64,000 nucleotides of DNA, taken from Cenococcum geophilum (lineage: Eukaryota). This document shows, one piece after another, positions 25,807 through 39,537 of this stretch; position 1 is the first letter of the stretch, and each line of letters opens with the position of its first letter. The DNA is taken from positions 8,928,001-8,992,000 of the forward strand of contig CP158635.1 in NCBI GenBank assembly GCA_050273025.1, given 5' to 3'. A program made the translations under genes and the position numbers. Below the pieces are notes generated by a model. It saw nothing but the letters and a program-made list of their open reading frames with translations, did not search any database and had not been told where the DNA came from.

Positions 25807-25819
25807 GCCGTTGAGGTGC

Positions 25820-26093
25820 CTCTCAGCCGGAGAAAAAGGTGGCCGATATTCGTCCTTACGCCCGCACTAAAATCGCTCAATTTCTCTACCTAGCTAGTAC
25901 CTAGTCATTTGCCCATCTCTCCTCTCACATTCATGTAGCTTTTAGTATACCAGTTATGACTGATTTACGTACTTTAATTACCTTATAAGAAGGCATTGTA
26001 AGGTGTGGGAGTGGTAATAAGTGTCTTGTTTACATCAAAATAGTGTAGTGGGCGCACGGACGAATATCGGCCACCTTTTTCTCCGGCTGAGGG
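25820..26093. mobile_element. MITE related to the adjacent DD34E element
   Basis: ~36-bp TIRs CTCTCAGCCGGAGAAAAAGGTGGCCGATATTCGTCC share the GGAGAAAAAGGTGGCCGAT core. Flanks (GG)TGC. Confidence 0.82.
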
Positions 26094-26151
26094 TGCTACG
26101 CAAACGTGGCCCGTGCGCGAACACCAAAACATCAACACGCGTCTCTACCAT

Positions 26152-26375
26152 AGCAAAAAGGGATTTCCACTTCCTTTTTGGGACTAGTGGCAACCCCCCA
26201 TAAGGTCGCTAAAGTTATGGGGGCTCTGTCGCCTAAGTAACGAGGTTTCAGGCAGTCTATGCCCCTAGACCCGCCAAAGGCCCCCCAAAGAGGCCCAAAA
26301 CCTCAGCAACCTTATGGGCACCTTATGGGGAGAAAACCGCTAGTCCCAAAAAGGAAGGGGAAATCTCTTCCTGCT
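26152..26375. mobile_element. MITE-like inverted-repeat element
   Basis: GATTTCC.CTTCCTTTTTGGGACTAG at the left, with its reverse complement at 26340-26366. Internal CCCCATAAGG / CCTTATGGGG. TSD uncertain (CCAT/CCGT). Confidence 0.65.
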
Positions 26376-27324
26376 CCGTCCTCCGTACCTCTTCTTCTTC
26401 TCCTTAGCTTAATATCTTCGTAATACAGCATTCGTTCAAGCTTTGGTTCAGAGGCATTTGCTCGGGCCGTCACAACTAGTACATATTAAGCTGCCTAGAA
26501 AGGATTCATGTATATAGAACTATAGCGCCATTGCCTAGAGGCTGCATGCGTAGTATTGTACGTAGTATAATACAATGGATATATAAAAAGGTTTTAGGAA
26601 AAAAATTATATCAAGCAACTTAACTCTAAGGATTAAGCTATATAATCAATTTAGTATATAATTTTACAACTATTACGAGCTTCATATTCCTGTGCACGAA
26701 TGATTTGATTCGGTTGATTTAATTGGCTAGTTATTATCGATAACAGATGGACGTAATTACCAAATAATGAGAATAACGACAAAGAATATGGCAAAGGCGG
26801 TTCGTTTTCGGAAAAGCACGCAAACTGTCTTCGAAATCCATAAGTTCATTCAACAAGGCATGCATCTAATACTCCATCTTCAAAGTGTAATGGAAGGCTG
26901 GAAAAAAGAGCCGGCGCCACAGCGCCAAGCGCCAGGTAGTAGAAGCTTGATGATTTAAGGTTTAACTTATCTCCGATTCCTCGCTGGGACATCTTGGCAT
27001 ATGCTCTGCAGGGCTGTACTGCCGCGAATGAATGTAGGTCGATTGACTGAGTATCTTACTGGAAACAGTATGTCGGGGTATTTTCGTTGGGAGTGGAGCT
27101 GCATAGCTTGGAGTGTTGTTATTGACAACGATGACGAAAGCGTGCTTTCCAAAATTACCGCCCCACATGTTGTTCCAGGAAGCACAGGACCCTCATCTTC
27201 GCTTAGGGGTCTTCCTCACCTCTATCACCAACCTTCTCATCATCTTATACCTTAGGAATCGACTGCGACACCTGTTCGACCCTTTTCTCGACAGGAGGCC
27301 GGATCGGTTGCTATAGTATTTGCT

Positions 27325-29746
27325 ATGAGTTTCGCAGTTGGCGCATCCGCTTATCGCAATGGATTGAAATGCTCGGGACCCATGATTCTAACCTCCTTCA
27401 ACCTTCTCTTCTTCGCCATCGCATGCGCGCCGTTCGCTCATGCTGCTCCTTTTGATCGATCTCCATTCGTTACTTTGAAGGAAGGTGAAGGTAAACCGGC
27501 TGAAGATCCGAGTCTATGGGCATACCTGGGCACTGCTGTCGCTCTCGTACTGCTTGGAGGGGCTTTCGCCGGCCTAACCATTGCGTATGCTCTACCGTCT
27601 AATCACCTCCTCATTACATGTACCGATAGCTAAATTTCCGTAGCTTAATGGGCCAAGATGAGATTTACCTCCAAGTCATCGCTACCTCAGGCGAAGGTTC
27701 AGAGCAGCAAAATGCGAAAAAGGTGCTCAAGCTCCTGAAGAAAGGCAAACATTGGGTTCTGGTCACTCTCTTGCTCAGCAATGTCATCACTAATGAAACT
27801 CTACCCATCGTGCTTGATAGATCCCTTGGTGGAGGCTGGCCCGCAGTCCTCAGTAGTACCGTCCTCATTGGTACGCCCTTTCGCGATTTCGCATTTAGTT
27901 TACTAACCGGCGTAGTTATCTTCGGCGAAATTGCTCCTCAGTCGATATGCGTTCGATACGGGTTACCCATCGGAGCTTGGATGTCTCCCTTCGTGCTCGC
28001 TCTCATGTGGATTATGTCGCCTATTGCTTGGCCGACTGCAAAACTTCTGGACAAACTACTTGGAGAGGATCATGGAACAACGTACAAGAAGGCTGGACTG
28101 AAGACACTGGTGACACTTCATAAGACTCTAGGGACGAGTCCTAACGAACGTCTGAACCAGGACGAAGTCACCATTATTAGCGCTGTACTAGACTTGAAAG
28201 ACAAGCCTGTTGGAAGTATCATGACGCCTATGAACGATGTGTTTACGATGTCTGCCGATACTGTGCTCAATGAAAAAATGATGGACACAATTCTCTCGGC
28301 TGGTTATTCCCGAATACCGATATACGCGCCGGACAATGCCCGCAACTTTGTGGGTATGCTCCTTGTGAAAATGCTTATCACCTACGACCCGGAAGATGCT
28401 CTACGAGTAAGAGACTTTGCGTTAGCCACGTTGCCAGAGACAAGGCCTGAAACAAGTTGCCTGGATATCGTAAATTTTTTCCAAGAGGGTAAATCACATA
28501 TGGTACTGGTCTCTGACTTCCCCGGGGAACCATATGGCGCCCTTGGAGTCGTTACTTTGGAAGATGTAATAGAAGAGTTGATTGGAGAGTCAGTTTCTAT
28601 AGTTTCCTTAATTCCTAGTGCAAGCACTAAAACTCTCATAGGGAAATCATCGATGAATCAGACGTCTTCATTGATGTTCACAAAGCAATTCGGCGGTTAA
28701 CACCCGCTCCTCGAACTCGCGTTCCCAAAGGTGAAATCGTCGCTGACGCCGCCCACTCCCCCGAAAATGTTTATGAAGTATTAAACATGTCAGACGGTCA
28801 ACCAACTATTGACATTACTGGTCCTGAACAACGGAAGTCATCATTATCGGAGTTAGGCGTCAGCCCTAAGGTTGCAACATTTCTTATGCGGCGCCGCAGT
28901 AGTGGCAACGGCTCAATCGACAAACAGACCACACCACTTACTCTCCGCAGTAATACCCCAGAAATAAGAGAGCACCTCAAGCACTTAGGCCCATCCAATG
29001 CAGCACACAGACCTAAGCAGACTCGTATCAATACCGTCAAGATCAAACCTGGTGTTGGCACCATACCCGAAAACGCCGCAAAACCTCAAGATGGCGCAAC
29101 CGTTACTCCAACCGTTTCGCGTGGTGGTATAGGTGAAGGATTGTTGGAATCTGCTGGTCGGGATGCAAGCGATGGCGTACACGCTCTCCAAGCGGGCTAT
29201 GGGACCATAAATTCTAACGCGCACTGGACGACGTCTTGGTTCCAGGACTCAAATGCAAATGGTGATGGTACAAAATCACTTCCACAAGGAAGCGACGACG
29301 TCACATCTCCTAAATCGCAGCCTCATGATGAGAACGTTAAAATAGTAGTCGACAATCGGCCAGCTTCACAGTCCAGCGGACATTCGACGAGCACATTAGG
29401 ATCGCTGCATTCAGTTCATTCCAGGTCACGCTCGCCTATGAAGAGGCACAAGCACACCACTGCGCGTAGTGGTAGCATAACTGAGAACTTTGTCGATTTG
29501 GGCGGAGTGAAAAAGATGGTGCTCGAGACAGCGAGCTCATCCGACATAGAAGAAGCTAGAGGATCCGAGGGCAATGACAATAAAAGCCGAAGTCCAACCA
29601 AGACGGATACAGAGGGGGAGGGGAAGACAGATGAGGATGGCGGAAAGAAAAGCGGAGGGAAAAAGAAAAGAAAGAAGAGAGCTGGAAGGAAGAAGCACAA
29701 GGGTGCAGCAAGTGAGAGTGCGTCGCTCTTAGGCTGGAAGAGTTAA
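27325..29746 (+). CDS. MAM3: CNNM/Mam3-family metal transporter (DUF21 + CBS pair), 4 exons
   Basis: [72 protein letters not shown]. Introns 27585-27643, 27871-27915, 28589-28641. Confidence 0.92.
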
Positions 29747-31547
29747 GGCCGAATAGAGATGAGAAATGGGAGGGGCGGAGTGTGCGATTCCATTAAATTT
29801 CGATATTATTCCGAAGGTTTTTCTAAAGGCGTTAGAGTACTGGGAATGAGTCATATCGACTGGATTCAGGACTGGAGTGTATCTTTGTAAATGGAATGGC
29901 GTGGATGGCTAGACTCTATGCGCATTGCTACGCCCGTAAGGTATGAAAGCTAGAGCTATTGCTGTCAGGAAGTATGAGCGGTCGAAGTGTAACGTACTAG
30001 ATGGTTCACTATAATGGTTTACAGATCTTGTCTTTCTAGCGTGAAAGAACTAACTCGACCATATTTTGGGAGTTCACAGCCACCTACTACTTTCAATCCC
30101 CTGAATAATAGCATTCCGTATTCTCATCTGCCATCTCCCGGGTTGCCTAGGAGCTCTGCTCATAATCAAGATACCTTTATGCATCCAGATCAGTCCCAGT
30201 CATCTTTTAGTGCAGATACGGCTCATCCATCGTATCTAGCACGCCCCGATTCACAAAGAGGACATCTTGCCGACGAACACAGCTCCAAAGTCCAGTCAAA
30301 TGATCTTTGGTATCTCGCCCCGGAAGATCCACACCACTATTGCCCAGCTAAGTATAAACAACCAAAACCATTCGCACGCCACCTTCTCTAGCACCTCGAC
30401 GACATGCTGGAGCAGCCATATTTTTGTTCATCATGTAATAAAAACAGCTTTACTCCGTTCGAGCAGCTAGGCGCCCACTGGCGTTGCTGTGTGGCCTTAG
30501 ATTTGTTTGCTTGTGATCGTTGGGAATGCCACAAGGTATTCCCATCAAGGTCCAGTCTATCCGCACACGAAACCGGGTAATACGGCTCTATCTGCTTACA
30601 CCACTCCAAACAAAAGGAAACGGATACCTGGGACGAAATTATAAGGCTACTGATTCTGGGATCTGGGGTCTTTTCTCTTCCTACCGGAATTGCGGAAGGC
30701 GCGGGGCCGAGGCGGAAGGTTGTAGTATCCCTCGAAAACGAAATTGGGGAGTGGGATCCGTCGTTCTAGATTGGCTTGGGATGTTGATGCCTTTCGAAGC
30801 TGTCGCCTAGCTGTGAAGACGTCGCAGTTGTATGACTGTATAAACTTGATTTATGATTTTGCCTGAACGTATATCCCAGTGCTCGCAAGCACCACTGAGT
30901 TTATGGCCACGGGAACATCAGAGACAAAGCGCGCAGTATATAACGAATCCTTTCGTATATCAGAAGATCCTGTCCAGGTCGGTACATGGTATTTCCGGCG
31001 CTCGATATTTCCACTTGATCGCGAAATTCAATTTAACTTGCGTGCCATTCGATTTCGGCACCGTCTGTGACACGGCCATTCCGCTAATGGCCATGCATAT
31101 TTTGTATAGTTGTTGTAACATCTGAAGACAGTGTAAAAGCAGATGGAGGGGCAGTAGCCCTACGAAAGTGCCGGTGCGGTTGCTCCTAATGATGAGGCCA
31201 TGCTTAAAGAACGTTGAGTACATTGCGAAATGTAGAAACAACAATCTAGTGGGTAAAATAAACTCTTCGGAGAGGATAATGTATTGATATGAATGTTAAA
31301 CGCATTCGATGCGACCGCACATCAGTGCAGAGAGATATAGAACAAGGAAAATACGAACAAAGAGTAGATGCTAACATATGCACGCAAGCCACGCAACGCC
31401 ATTTGCAACCCGAGCAAACCCAGAAATGTTTCAAAAAAGCAATGACGCCGTACGGATATGCTCATGCTCGTCCAGGTGCCAAAACGCTACCAAACAATGC
31501 CGTAACGCTAAAGATGATGCAATGGGAAATGTCACGTTCTACTATTA

Positions 31548-32797
31548 TCAATGGGGTTGAAAGAGCATCCTCAGTGGCGACGGCTGCTTCTTCTTCTTCT
31601 TCTTCTCCTTATCGTCTTTGCCGCTCCGTGACGTCTTGGCGCTCTTTGTCGACTTGGCGGTTTTAGGCTTGCTTCTTGATTCTCGCCTGTGTGTTGATCG
31701 TCGGGACTTCAGATCGTCTTCTTCGAGAACGCCGGCGGCGATTAGGTGCTGTGATGCCCCAGGAGTAATGAATTCGCCGTCGACGGTGGTGCCAGCGCTG
31801 TCCGCTTCAACTTCAGCGATGCCGCGCCGCCACATCTCGATTCGGCTGAGCTCCTGGCCCTGTAGCTCATCTAGTACTAATGGTTCTTCCAATTCGTTTT
31901 CCTTTTTGGCTTTAATCTTCTTAATGATCTTATATCCGCCAAGAGCGACGATGGTGACTCCCACGCCGACGCCGGCCGCAATCATGAATTGCGGGCTGGC
32001 CAATAGAGCGACGACGGCAGGGAAACTTCCCTTCATTGCTGTCAAAACACCAGGACCCATCTTGCCCACTATATTGCTGATCTCCGCCAGCGTGAGGGCA
32101 ACGGCAGCTAGTGCTTCTGGGTTCTTCTGCAGGTTTTCAATCATAGCTGTAACAGAATATTGTAGGCAGTTGGCCTCGTCTAGAAGTATGGTAAGCTTAG
32201 ATGCCTTTTCCCTTAGCTCGCCATCGTCGTATTTCTGAGCCGGAAGTGGAGGAGGCAAGTCGCCATATGCCAGATCCATATCTATGTGTGGTTCGGAATT
32301 CGACCGTGAAGTCCTGTACGGCGGTTGTAGGATGGGCCCATCTGTGTGCCTCCGGGCGAGTTCCTGCCGATGTACGTCTCCTGCTAGATCTTGCGCAAAA
32401 TGGCGGTGTGTAGGACTGTTGTGTCTCGGAATGTCATCGTTGGCATAGAAGCTGTCCGTGTATCCCCGTTCCATAGGTGGCTTCGGGTGTCTATGTGATT
32501 TCGATCTGTGAGTCCGACCAGACGCTCTTGACCGGGTGTCGTCTTCGATGTGGAGGGTCTTCATGCTATGCATGAGCTTTTTCTGCTCTAGGGCGGCATT
32601 ACGCTCTGCTCTGATTTCCGCTTTACGTTCACGATAGGCAGATTTGGCTTCCTTGAACACGCTTATAAGGTGCTTACTCTGCGGCTTTCATTAGCGCCGT
32701 TACGTGTATTGAAGTCAATTTCTTCTCGTCTACTCACATTGCTCACAACCTTTCCCGACCTGTTAATAACTGTGATTGTTTCCCCGAGGGCCACCAT
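31548..32797 (-). CDS. Hypothetical fungal protein with one predicted TM segment, 2 exons
   Basis: Exon 1 MVALGETITVINRSGKVVSN, GT-AG intron ~32680-32737, then a 370-aa ORF with hydrophobic FMIAAGVGVGVTIVALGGY. Confidence 0.8.
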
Positions 32798-34340
32798 GAC
32801 GTAGATCAATAGTGGGTATCTGCAGCTGCAATGCTGGCGGGTGTTTTTGTTCGTGGAATGTGAATTCGTTTGGCTGTGTGGTACTTGGTCAACAAGTACG
32901 GTAGTCTGCCGGGCGGCTGGGCAGGTAGGCGTAGGTAAGTAAAGGATACTTTGTTCTAGTGATTTGCATTAAAGAAAAGATTATTGGGAGATCCATGGGT
33001 CAATGGAGACAACAAAGAAACACGCTGACAGAGTTGGGCTGTGGTGAGGCAAATACTAAAAAGTGAGCAGGCCAGCCATGATTGCTATGGCGCATAGGAT
33101 CGGGCGTCGGGAAGAAGGGGGGTTGCGGTCGTGGGTCGGTGGCCGCCTATGATGGAGGCAGGCCCATTCAGGACGCTGCCCGCTTGTGCCTATCGTGACT
33201 TCGAGACGGAGTTAGGCGTGGACTGCCCTGGATTCGTGGAGGTGCAACAGTTGATCGGGGAAAACGGCAAAGCTTTTGGTTGCTGGTTTGTCGTGGCGCT
33301 CGTCAATTGACTCTCCGTGTCGCTTCAAGCCGAGACAAAGGTTTAATCATGCGGGCAGCGTATCGCCGCCCAGTTTGGCTTCAACGGGTTACCACCAACG
33401 TCAGCCATTGGCATGCTCTGCATGACAGAAATTTCTTTCTGCAGCGCCGCAGGACGTGTCATAGCTATCAATGGCTCAACAACACCGCCCTGATGTAAGG
33501 GCCGAGGACGATCTGAGATGACTGATGCACGCCTCCTGCAGAATCTTGAGCGAAAGATTTCTGCCCGAGTTCCGCGGCAGCACCGATGGGCATCCCGGCA
33601 TGGCCTGCTTGCTGCGCGTCGTCACCAGATAGGCCTCAGCTGGTGTGCGAAGGCGCTAGTAACGCCACATGTGTGGCTCAGCCACTAGCCACATCATCGG
33701 CTTTGTTCCAGAACGTTGTTACCAATTTCTTCTTCGAGCATGAAAATGACGCTTATTGCCTCAAAAAGAAACTCATCGCCGCAATTTCTCAAGCTATGTC
33801 CCAGACCTACAATTCATGCCTCGCATCCGACTAACTACTGCCTCGGAATAATAAGCAGGACACCCCACGAGACCGGAGGAGCGGTGTTGCTAAGATGACA
33901 GGTCATCATGATCAGCCTTACATTATGAAAATGAGAAGCACGCCATCGGATCTTTGCTCAAGCATCGAAGATGATACACGACGCGTCTGTGGGCCCTAGA
34001 GGCAGAATTGATCATTTTATTAAAACCTGTAATTGTATGGTCAAATCGAGGAGTTGGAGCAATGAGAGTGGTGAAAATTATCTCCGAAGAAGCTTCCTCA
34101 AGGTACACTAGCTTATCAAACTAAAGACTTGACATTTCCATCCCCATTGCGAAGAATGTCGAACAAGGAGCGCGCCTGCACCGATAAGGTGTTTAAACTG
34201 AACCCTCGCCTACCGGGCAGCAATCGTCTAGCCAAGGATTGAAAACCGCCGTAACGGTTCAGTTTTTGACCCACTTAAACTGGCAAATCATGGCAGCTTG
34301 AACCTTGTTTAGACTTTTTTCTCGCCCGTCGGCCTGGTAC

Positions 34341-35559
34341 TTACAGCGTACGCTGCATGGCGTTTCCGAGCCCTGAAAATCCATCTTGCGCAACTTTGTG
34401 CCCAGCAAGCTCGTTTGCAAACCCAAGCTTGCGTGACAGTGTCCAGTCATCTTCGTGGCAGATAAGACCGTACAGCATACCCGCTATGAAAGTATCGCCT
34501 GCACCTATAGTACTGTTTCACTTTTAGGACTGCATTGGCTTATCAGACGGTTACCATACGCACTCAACAACTTTGGAATACTCCGCTGCATATGCAGGAT
34601 TGTGCTTGTAGGTCAAGCTGGCCACTTCTAGAGCGGAGGCACCTCCGTCACCCCAGGTACAGCATAGCAATGAGCTGGCCATCCAATTAGCTCCATTATT
34701 CCGGAGATGGATGGACGTGATATGTACGCTTTCGGAGTTAAAAGAGCTTGCTCTCGTAGACAGTCTTCGGATGTTTGATAGCTACAGGCCTGAAGCAGGT
34801 TGGGATTCAGTATGAACAAATTAGTGAGTAGGAATTTAAGGACTGCTTACCTGAGCCCAGCTTTTTGAATAGAAAACAACGTCAGCTTCTGCTGCGAGCT
34901 CTTGCAGTCCAACCCGGCCAGGCTTTTCTACCTCCACGCTAATCCTGACAGTAGGGAAATTGTGGCGAAGGTGACGCATACACTCTAAAGTAACATCTAC
35001 AATACGCCCCTAGAAATTCTCAGTGATAATGCAAGATAGTAATTCGAGGAAAGAAAGAGACATGCTTCGAAATGATACCAACTCGCTTCACTATCTATCT
35101 TGTCCGCTACCACAATAAATTCCTTCGTTGTCATCTCCGGCAGCTCATTATAATTAACGATCGTTCTACTATCGGTAGAACAGCTCTTGATAATATAACT
35201 AGATGCTAGCTCGGTAAATTCGTCCCGGTAGATGCAGTGCGTCAAGTCCACCATAGGTCCAAATGACGGCTTGATTAGCTGTGTTCCGGATGACGATCTT
35301 GAGGGCAAAACGATACATAAAGAAAGGCATAAAGAAATGGTTTTATTGTGCTCTACCAATTGCTGTAGCACCTCTAGCGTGTTGGGACAGTTGCCCCCGC
35401 GACGTCGAATAATGTTGGATGCACGTAGCTTTTCATCTTCTCCGGGATAGTGGTCGACACTATTGGTAGGCAGTTAGGCTCTCGAAAAGAGCTAAGTAAG
35501 CCTACTCACATCAGAATGGTGTCAAGATAGCAGGCGCCGACGGCCACCAAGCGTTTCAT
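34341..35559 (-). CDS. PfkB-family carbohydrate kinase (ketohexokinase-like), 6 exons
   Basis: Spliced reading MKRLVAVGACYLDTIL.VDHYPGEDEKLRA..RRRGGNCPNTLEVL...SRTIVNYNELPEM...WYHFE|GR...VEVEKPGR...CTWGDGGA...VVDTIGAGDTFIAGM (PfkB signature)...KVAQDGF. Only fragments appear in the ORF track. Confidence 0.88.
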
Positions 35560-35994
35560 GATTGTTGAAATTCTGTAACGTTGTTGCGGGGAAAACCGAT
35601 ATGCTGCTACATTGGGCAAAGTTAGTGTCCAGGTCTTCTGTACTGCCTATTGTAGAGACAGATAGTCAATAGAAAGTAAGTATCCGCATGCTCCAGACTG
35701 CTGTAGGAGAAGAGGAGTAGTATAGTGACTAAGCCCGCCATGAGTATTCTTCCGCCGACGCTAGGAAGCACGGACGTAATCTTATCCCCGCGGAAGCGCA
35801 GCGTAAATGCTTCTCCATACGCTAAGTTCTTCACGAGGAGACGGTCTCCGGCTATCTAGACCGCTCTACCTGGTGATTAACCGTTACATTTTGCCATCCA
35901 TATCGACGAAAGAACAAGAACCACTATAGAAGCATACAATGTCCGCTCATCACCATGAATCGGCTGTTCAACACCTCGAGCCCAGCGCTAAGCC

Positions 35995-37643
35995 ATGGCG
36001 AACGAACGGTCGAATCACAATCTCTACCTAGCTGCAATCGTTGCCTGTCTGACAGGAGCGTTCTCTGGCTACTCTGTTGGCTTTATTGGCGGCATCCTTG
36101 TCTTGCCTTCCTTCCTACAACACTTTCCGCCTCGATAGACTTCCGCCAAATAGCCTGGCCTCTGCAACCTCCGGCACCGTGTCCATTTGACTGGTCGGTA
36201 CACTCATAGGAGTACCCTTGGGAATGCCAGTATGTTCTCAATGGGGGAGAAGACGATACCTCAGCTTCTGCTCTACGCTGTACGTCTTGGGAGCTGCACT
36301 ACGGATGGTCAGTATCAACGGTAGCCTTCGCCTTTGACACCGGAAGGCTACTCAATGGTCTAGGTGTTGGAGCTAGAACTCTGGTATCGCCAGTGTAGTA
36401 AGTATTTGTAATCTGAAGTCAGATTCTGTTTGCTAATATTGGACCAGTATATCTGAATCTTACCACGGACGGAACGAGGTATGCTGCTTTCGGGCTACCA
36501 AACAGCCATTCAGCTTGCTGCACTTGCAGGTTTCTGGGCTGCTTTTGTAGCCCACTCGACACTCTCAGATTGTTCTGCTCTGCAGCGGCAGATCCCAGTT
36601 ACCGTTTAGTTACTTCCAGGCATCCTCCTCTTACTCGGCACAATAATAATACCGGAAAGCCCCAGGTTTCTTGTGGAGAAAGGCCTACTATTGTCTGCGG
36701 AAGACGCGCTTTTATAGTTGAGGGCATTGCCTAGGGAGCATCCGGATATTTTGGAGGTTGAGGAACTTCGAGAAGATACTCAAACCCTGGAAATATTGGA
36801 TACACCCGAACGAAGCTTCTTTCATGAGCTGCTAGACAAATGTGTCAGGAAGCGGTTATTCATTGGGGTTGGCTTGATGATTGCTCAAAATATGGCGGGC
36901 TCGAATGCACTCAACTACTGTGGGTTCTCCCTTAGGAATTGGCTCTTATTTCTACGCCACTTGCTAACGTAGTCACATCTAGATGCACCCACCATCTTCA
37001 TGTCCACTGGCTTTACCTCTGTTTCCTCATCACTTTTCCTCACTGCCCTCTTTGGCATCGTCAAAGTTCTTTCCGCTACACCCTTCATGTTCGTATTTGT
37101 TCGACTGCGTGGCAATCGTTTCTGGCTACAGTTTGGCTCTGCTGTATGCGATGTCTCAATGCTTGTTTTAGCTTATTGTGTCCGTCGCATGCTAGCACCC
37201 GGAAACACAAACCCGAAGCAGGCCAGCTTACGGCGGATGCAATAATCCCTGTTCTTACGGTTTACATCATTTGCTTTTGCTTTCGGTGTCTCCCTTGGAC
37301 CGCTCTCTTGGAATATTTGCAGCGAGATCGTCCCCGTCCATATAAAAGCAAGGTGCCGTGCGATTACAACCTGTGTTCAGCGGCTGTTCCAAATTGCCAT
37401 CGCGGGGATTACGCCACACCCGCCAGCGAGCATCGGATGGGCCACATACCTTCCGTACGCGGGCCGTTGCGCCGCTAGCTTACCTCGGGCGCCCCACCGG
37501 GAAGAGCGACAGATGATCTGTTTTGTCAACCAGGGAAGGGACCGCAAATGGAGTGCATTGAGGAGGTAGACGAAACGACAGCTCTTTTACGCCGCCAGCA
37601 ACGTTCAGTAGGAAGGCGAGATTCTATTAGATTCCCAGTGTGA
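35995..37643 (+). pseudogene. MFS sugar-porter (quinate/hexose permease-like) pseudogene
   Basis: GAFSGYSVGFIGGIL, GRLLNGLGVG, YISE, PESPRFL, QNMAGSNALNY and GPLSWNICSE motifs. Interrupted by in-frame TAG stops (~36607, ~36715) and frameshifts. End approximate. Confidence 0.8.
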
Positions 37644-38206
37644 ATGGGTGGTGAGGAGTTCGGGTTGGATTTGGAGGGCAGAAGGAGAAAGAGCCTATGA
37701 CAGCATCTTCTAAAGATACATGGGAATAACTATTCTTCGGGATGATATTAGAACGAAAATAAAATATGATGATGATTTTCCTCACAAACGTACCCGTTTG
37801 GGATGCTGGATTTTGCCTAAATTCCTAGCGCGATGTAAGGGCCGATCTAGAGCTATCCCTTCGTGCGGCAGAAGTCACTTTTTGTATTAGGCACTTTTGG
37901 CCCCCCCTGGACCCCCCTTCCTGTATATCGTGTGTCGTGTATAGGGGAGGCGGTGAGAAAAAAATTCAGCTGCGTTAGGGTGCAGTACGGTCGTGTTCGT
38001 GTTTAGGGGCAGCACGGAGCAAACGTCAGGTTCATGTTCAAAGTATCGCAGGCATATCGGCGCGGTACTTATCGGTTCGTAAAGCAGTACGGTGCCAGTA
38101 CGGTGCTAGCGTTGGGTTCATTCAGGTTAACGTGCCACCCCAGGCAGCGAGACCCCAAGCGAGCCAATTTTTAACACGTTTTCTCAATTTCAGTAACAAT
38201 AAAATA

Positions 38207-39068
38207 CAGTAAAGCCGCGTTTTAACGTTATCTTGGTACACCGTTCATCTACGGTATACCGGTCAATAGCCAGGAACAGTTGATTTTACTATGAGGCGTG
38301 TAAGGCTTTACGTTTAAATTTAATACGCCGTTATGTTTAAAGCTCTCTTATACAAGAACGGTATAGCGCGAGCTATTGTGGTGTTGGAAACCCTATTTTT
38401 GGGGCTAATTTGGGCGCCTGATGGGAGGTTAATTGCCCCGGAGGATTAGGAATAACTATTCTTTAACGGAATTGCTTAATTCTTAATGGAGGTTAACTGC
38501 ATACATCTGCTTTATTAATCTATAGTTTAACCGACTGGTAAATGTATATCTATAGATTATTATAGGGGTGGTTTAAATTCCATCTCCACCGGGCGTAATT
38601 TGGTTATGGTATTTCAGAGCATAAGAGGCAGCAGATCCGGGTATACTGCCGTAAGAACCCTTAAAAACCTTAGAGAGACGCTGCTCGCTTTTTTACCGAT
38701 TAATTTTAACGCCCTTATATAATACGCCAGATAACAAGGAAGCGATAATAAGGTTAAGCCACAAGCTATTAAGCTTAATGAGTTTAGATGCACTAGAGCG
38801 CCTTAAGCTCTATAAGGGGCAGCAAGAGGAGGGTAATAAGACTCTAATTACAGCTCTTATAAAGGCAGAGAGAGTAATTCAAGGCCGTTAAGTTGCGCAA
38901 GTAAAGCAGACGACTATTACAAGCTTCTTTAAGTAGTTATGAATAGAGAGAAGAGTTGATTTAGCCCCTTGCAGCGATTAATAAGTAAGCTCGCAATATA
39001 ACGTTTCCATACGGCATAACGTTCAAACCCCCTACTACCGAGCTGAACGGTATAACGAGGTTTTACTG
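38207..39068 (+). mobile_element. Internally deleted pogo/Tigger-like DNA transposon
   Basis: TA|CAGTAAAGCCGCG ... CGAGGTTTTACTG|TA termini. Retains transposase C-terminus ..VKQTTITSFFK* (~38900-38935). Confidence 0.75.
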
Positions 39069-39412
39069 TAGCTTTTTTATAAGAGGCCAGTCTGACTGGG
39101 ACGTATGATCCTTCTAAGGCACTAGTAAAACCTTTCGCCCCTTGTCTGTCTGACCATGTCTTCTCTGGGACGTTGGTGAAACCTTCATCTATCTGGCTAC
39201 TGCCTCATCTGATATGTACCATTTGGGAGAGTCCGTTACATTTTTCTAAAATTAAAAAATTTAATATAACGCAAATATCTTTAATTTAGCTAGATCCTTA
39301 TTACTACTAATAAACTAGGGTTTTCCAATTTTTTTGTAGTTATAGTATATTTATATCTCCCTTTTTACCTAATAAACTTATTTTCTAAGTAGATAGTTTA
39401 TTTTTAAGATAT

Positions 39413-39537
39413 TGTGAGGTGACAAGCTCCGCTCAGCCACCAGACAAACCTGCAAAAGGTAAGCGAGTGACTGGCAAGTTGCCAGGCACGGCTATGCGGA
39501 ACAATATATATAAGCGAGGTGACTCCGTCACCTGACA
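39413..39537. repeat. Short solo LTR (125 bp)
   Basis: TGTGAGGTGAC...GTCACCTGACA termini. Perfect 5-bp TSD GATAT. Confidence 0.75.
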
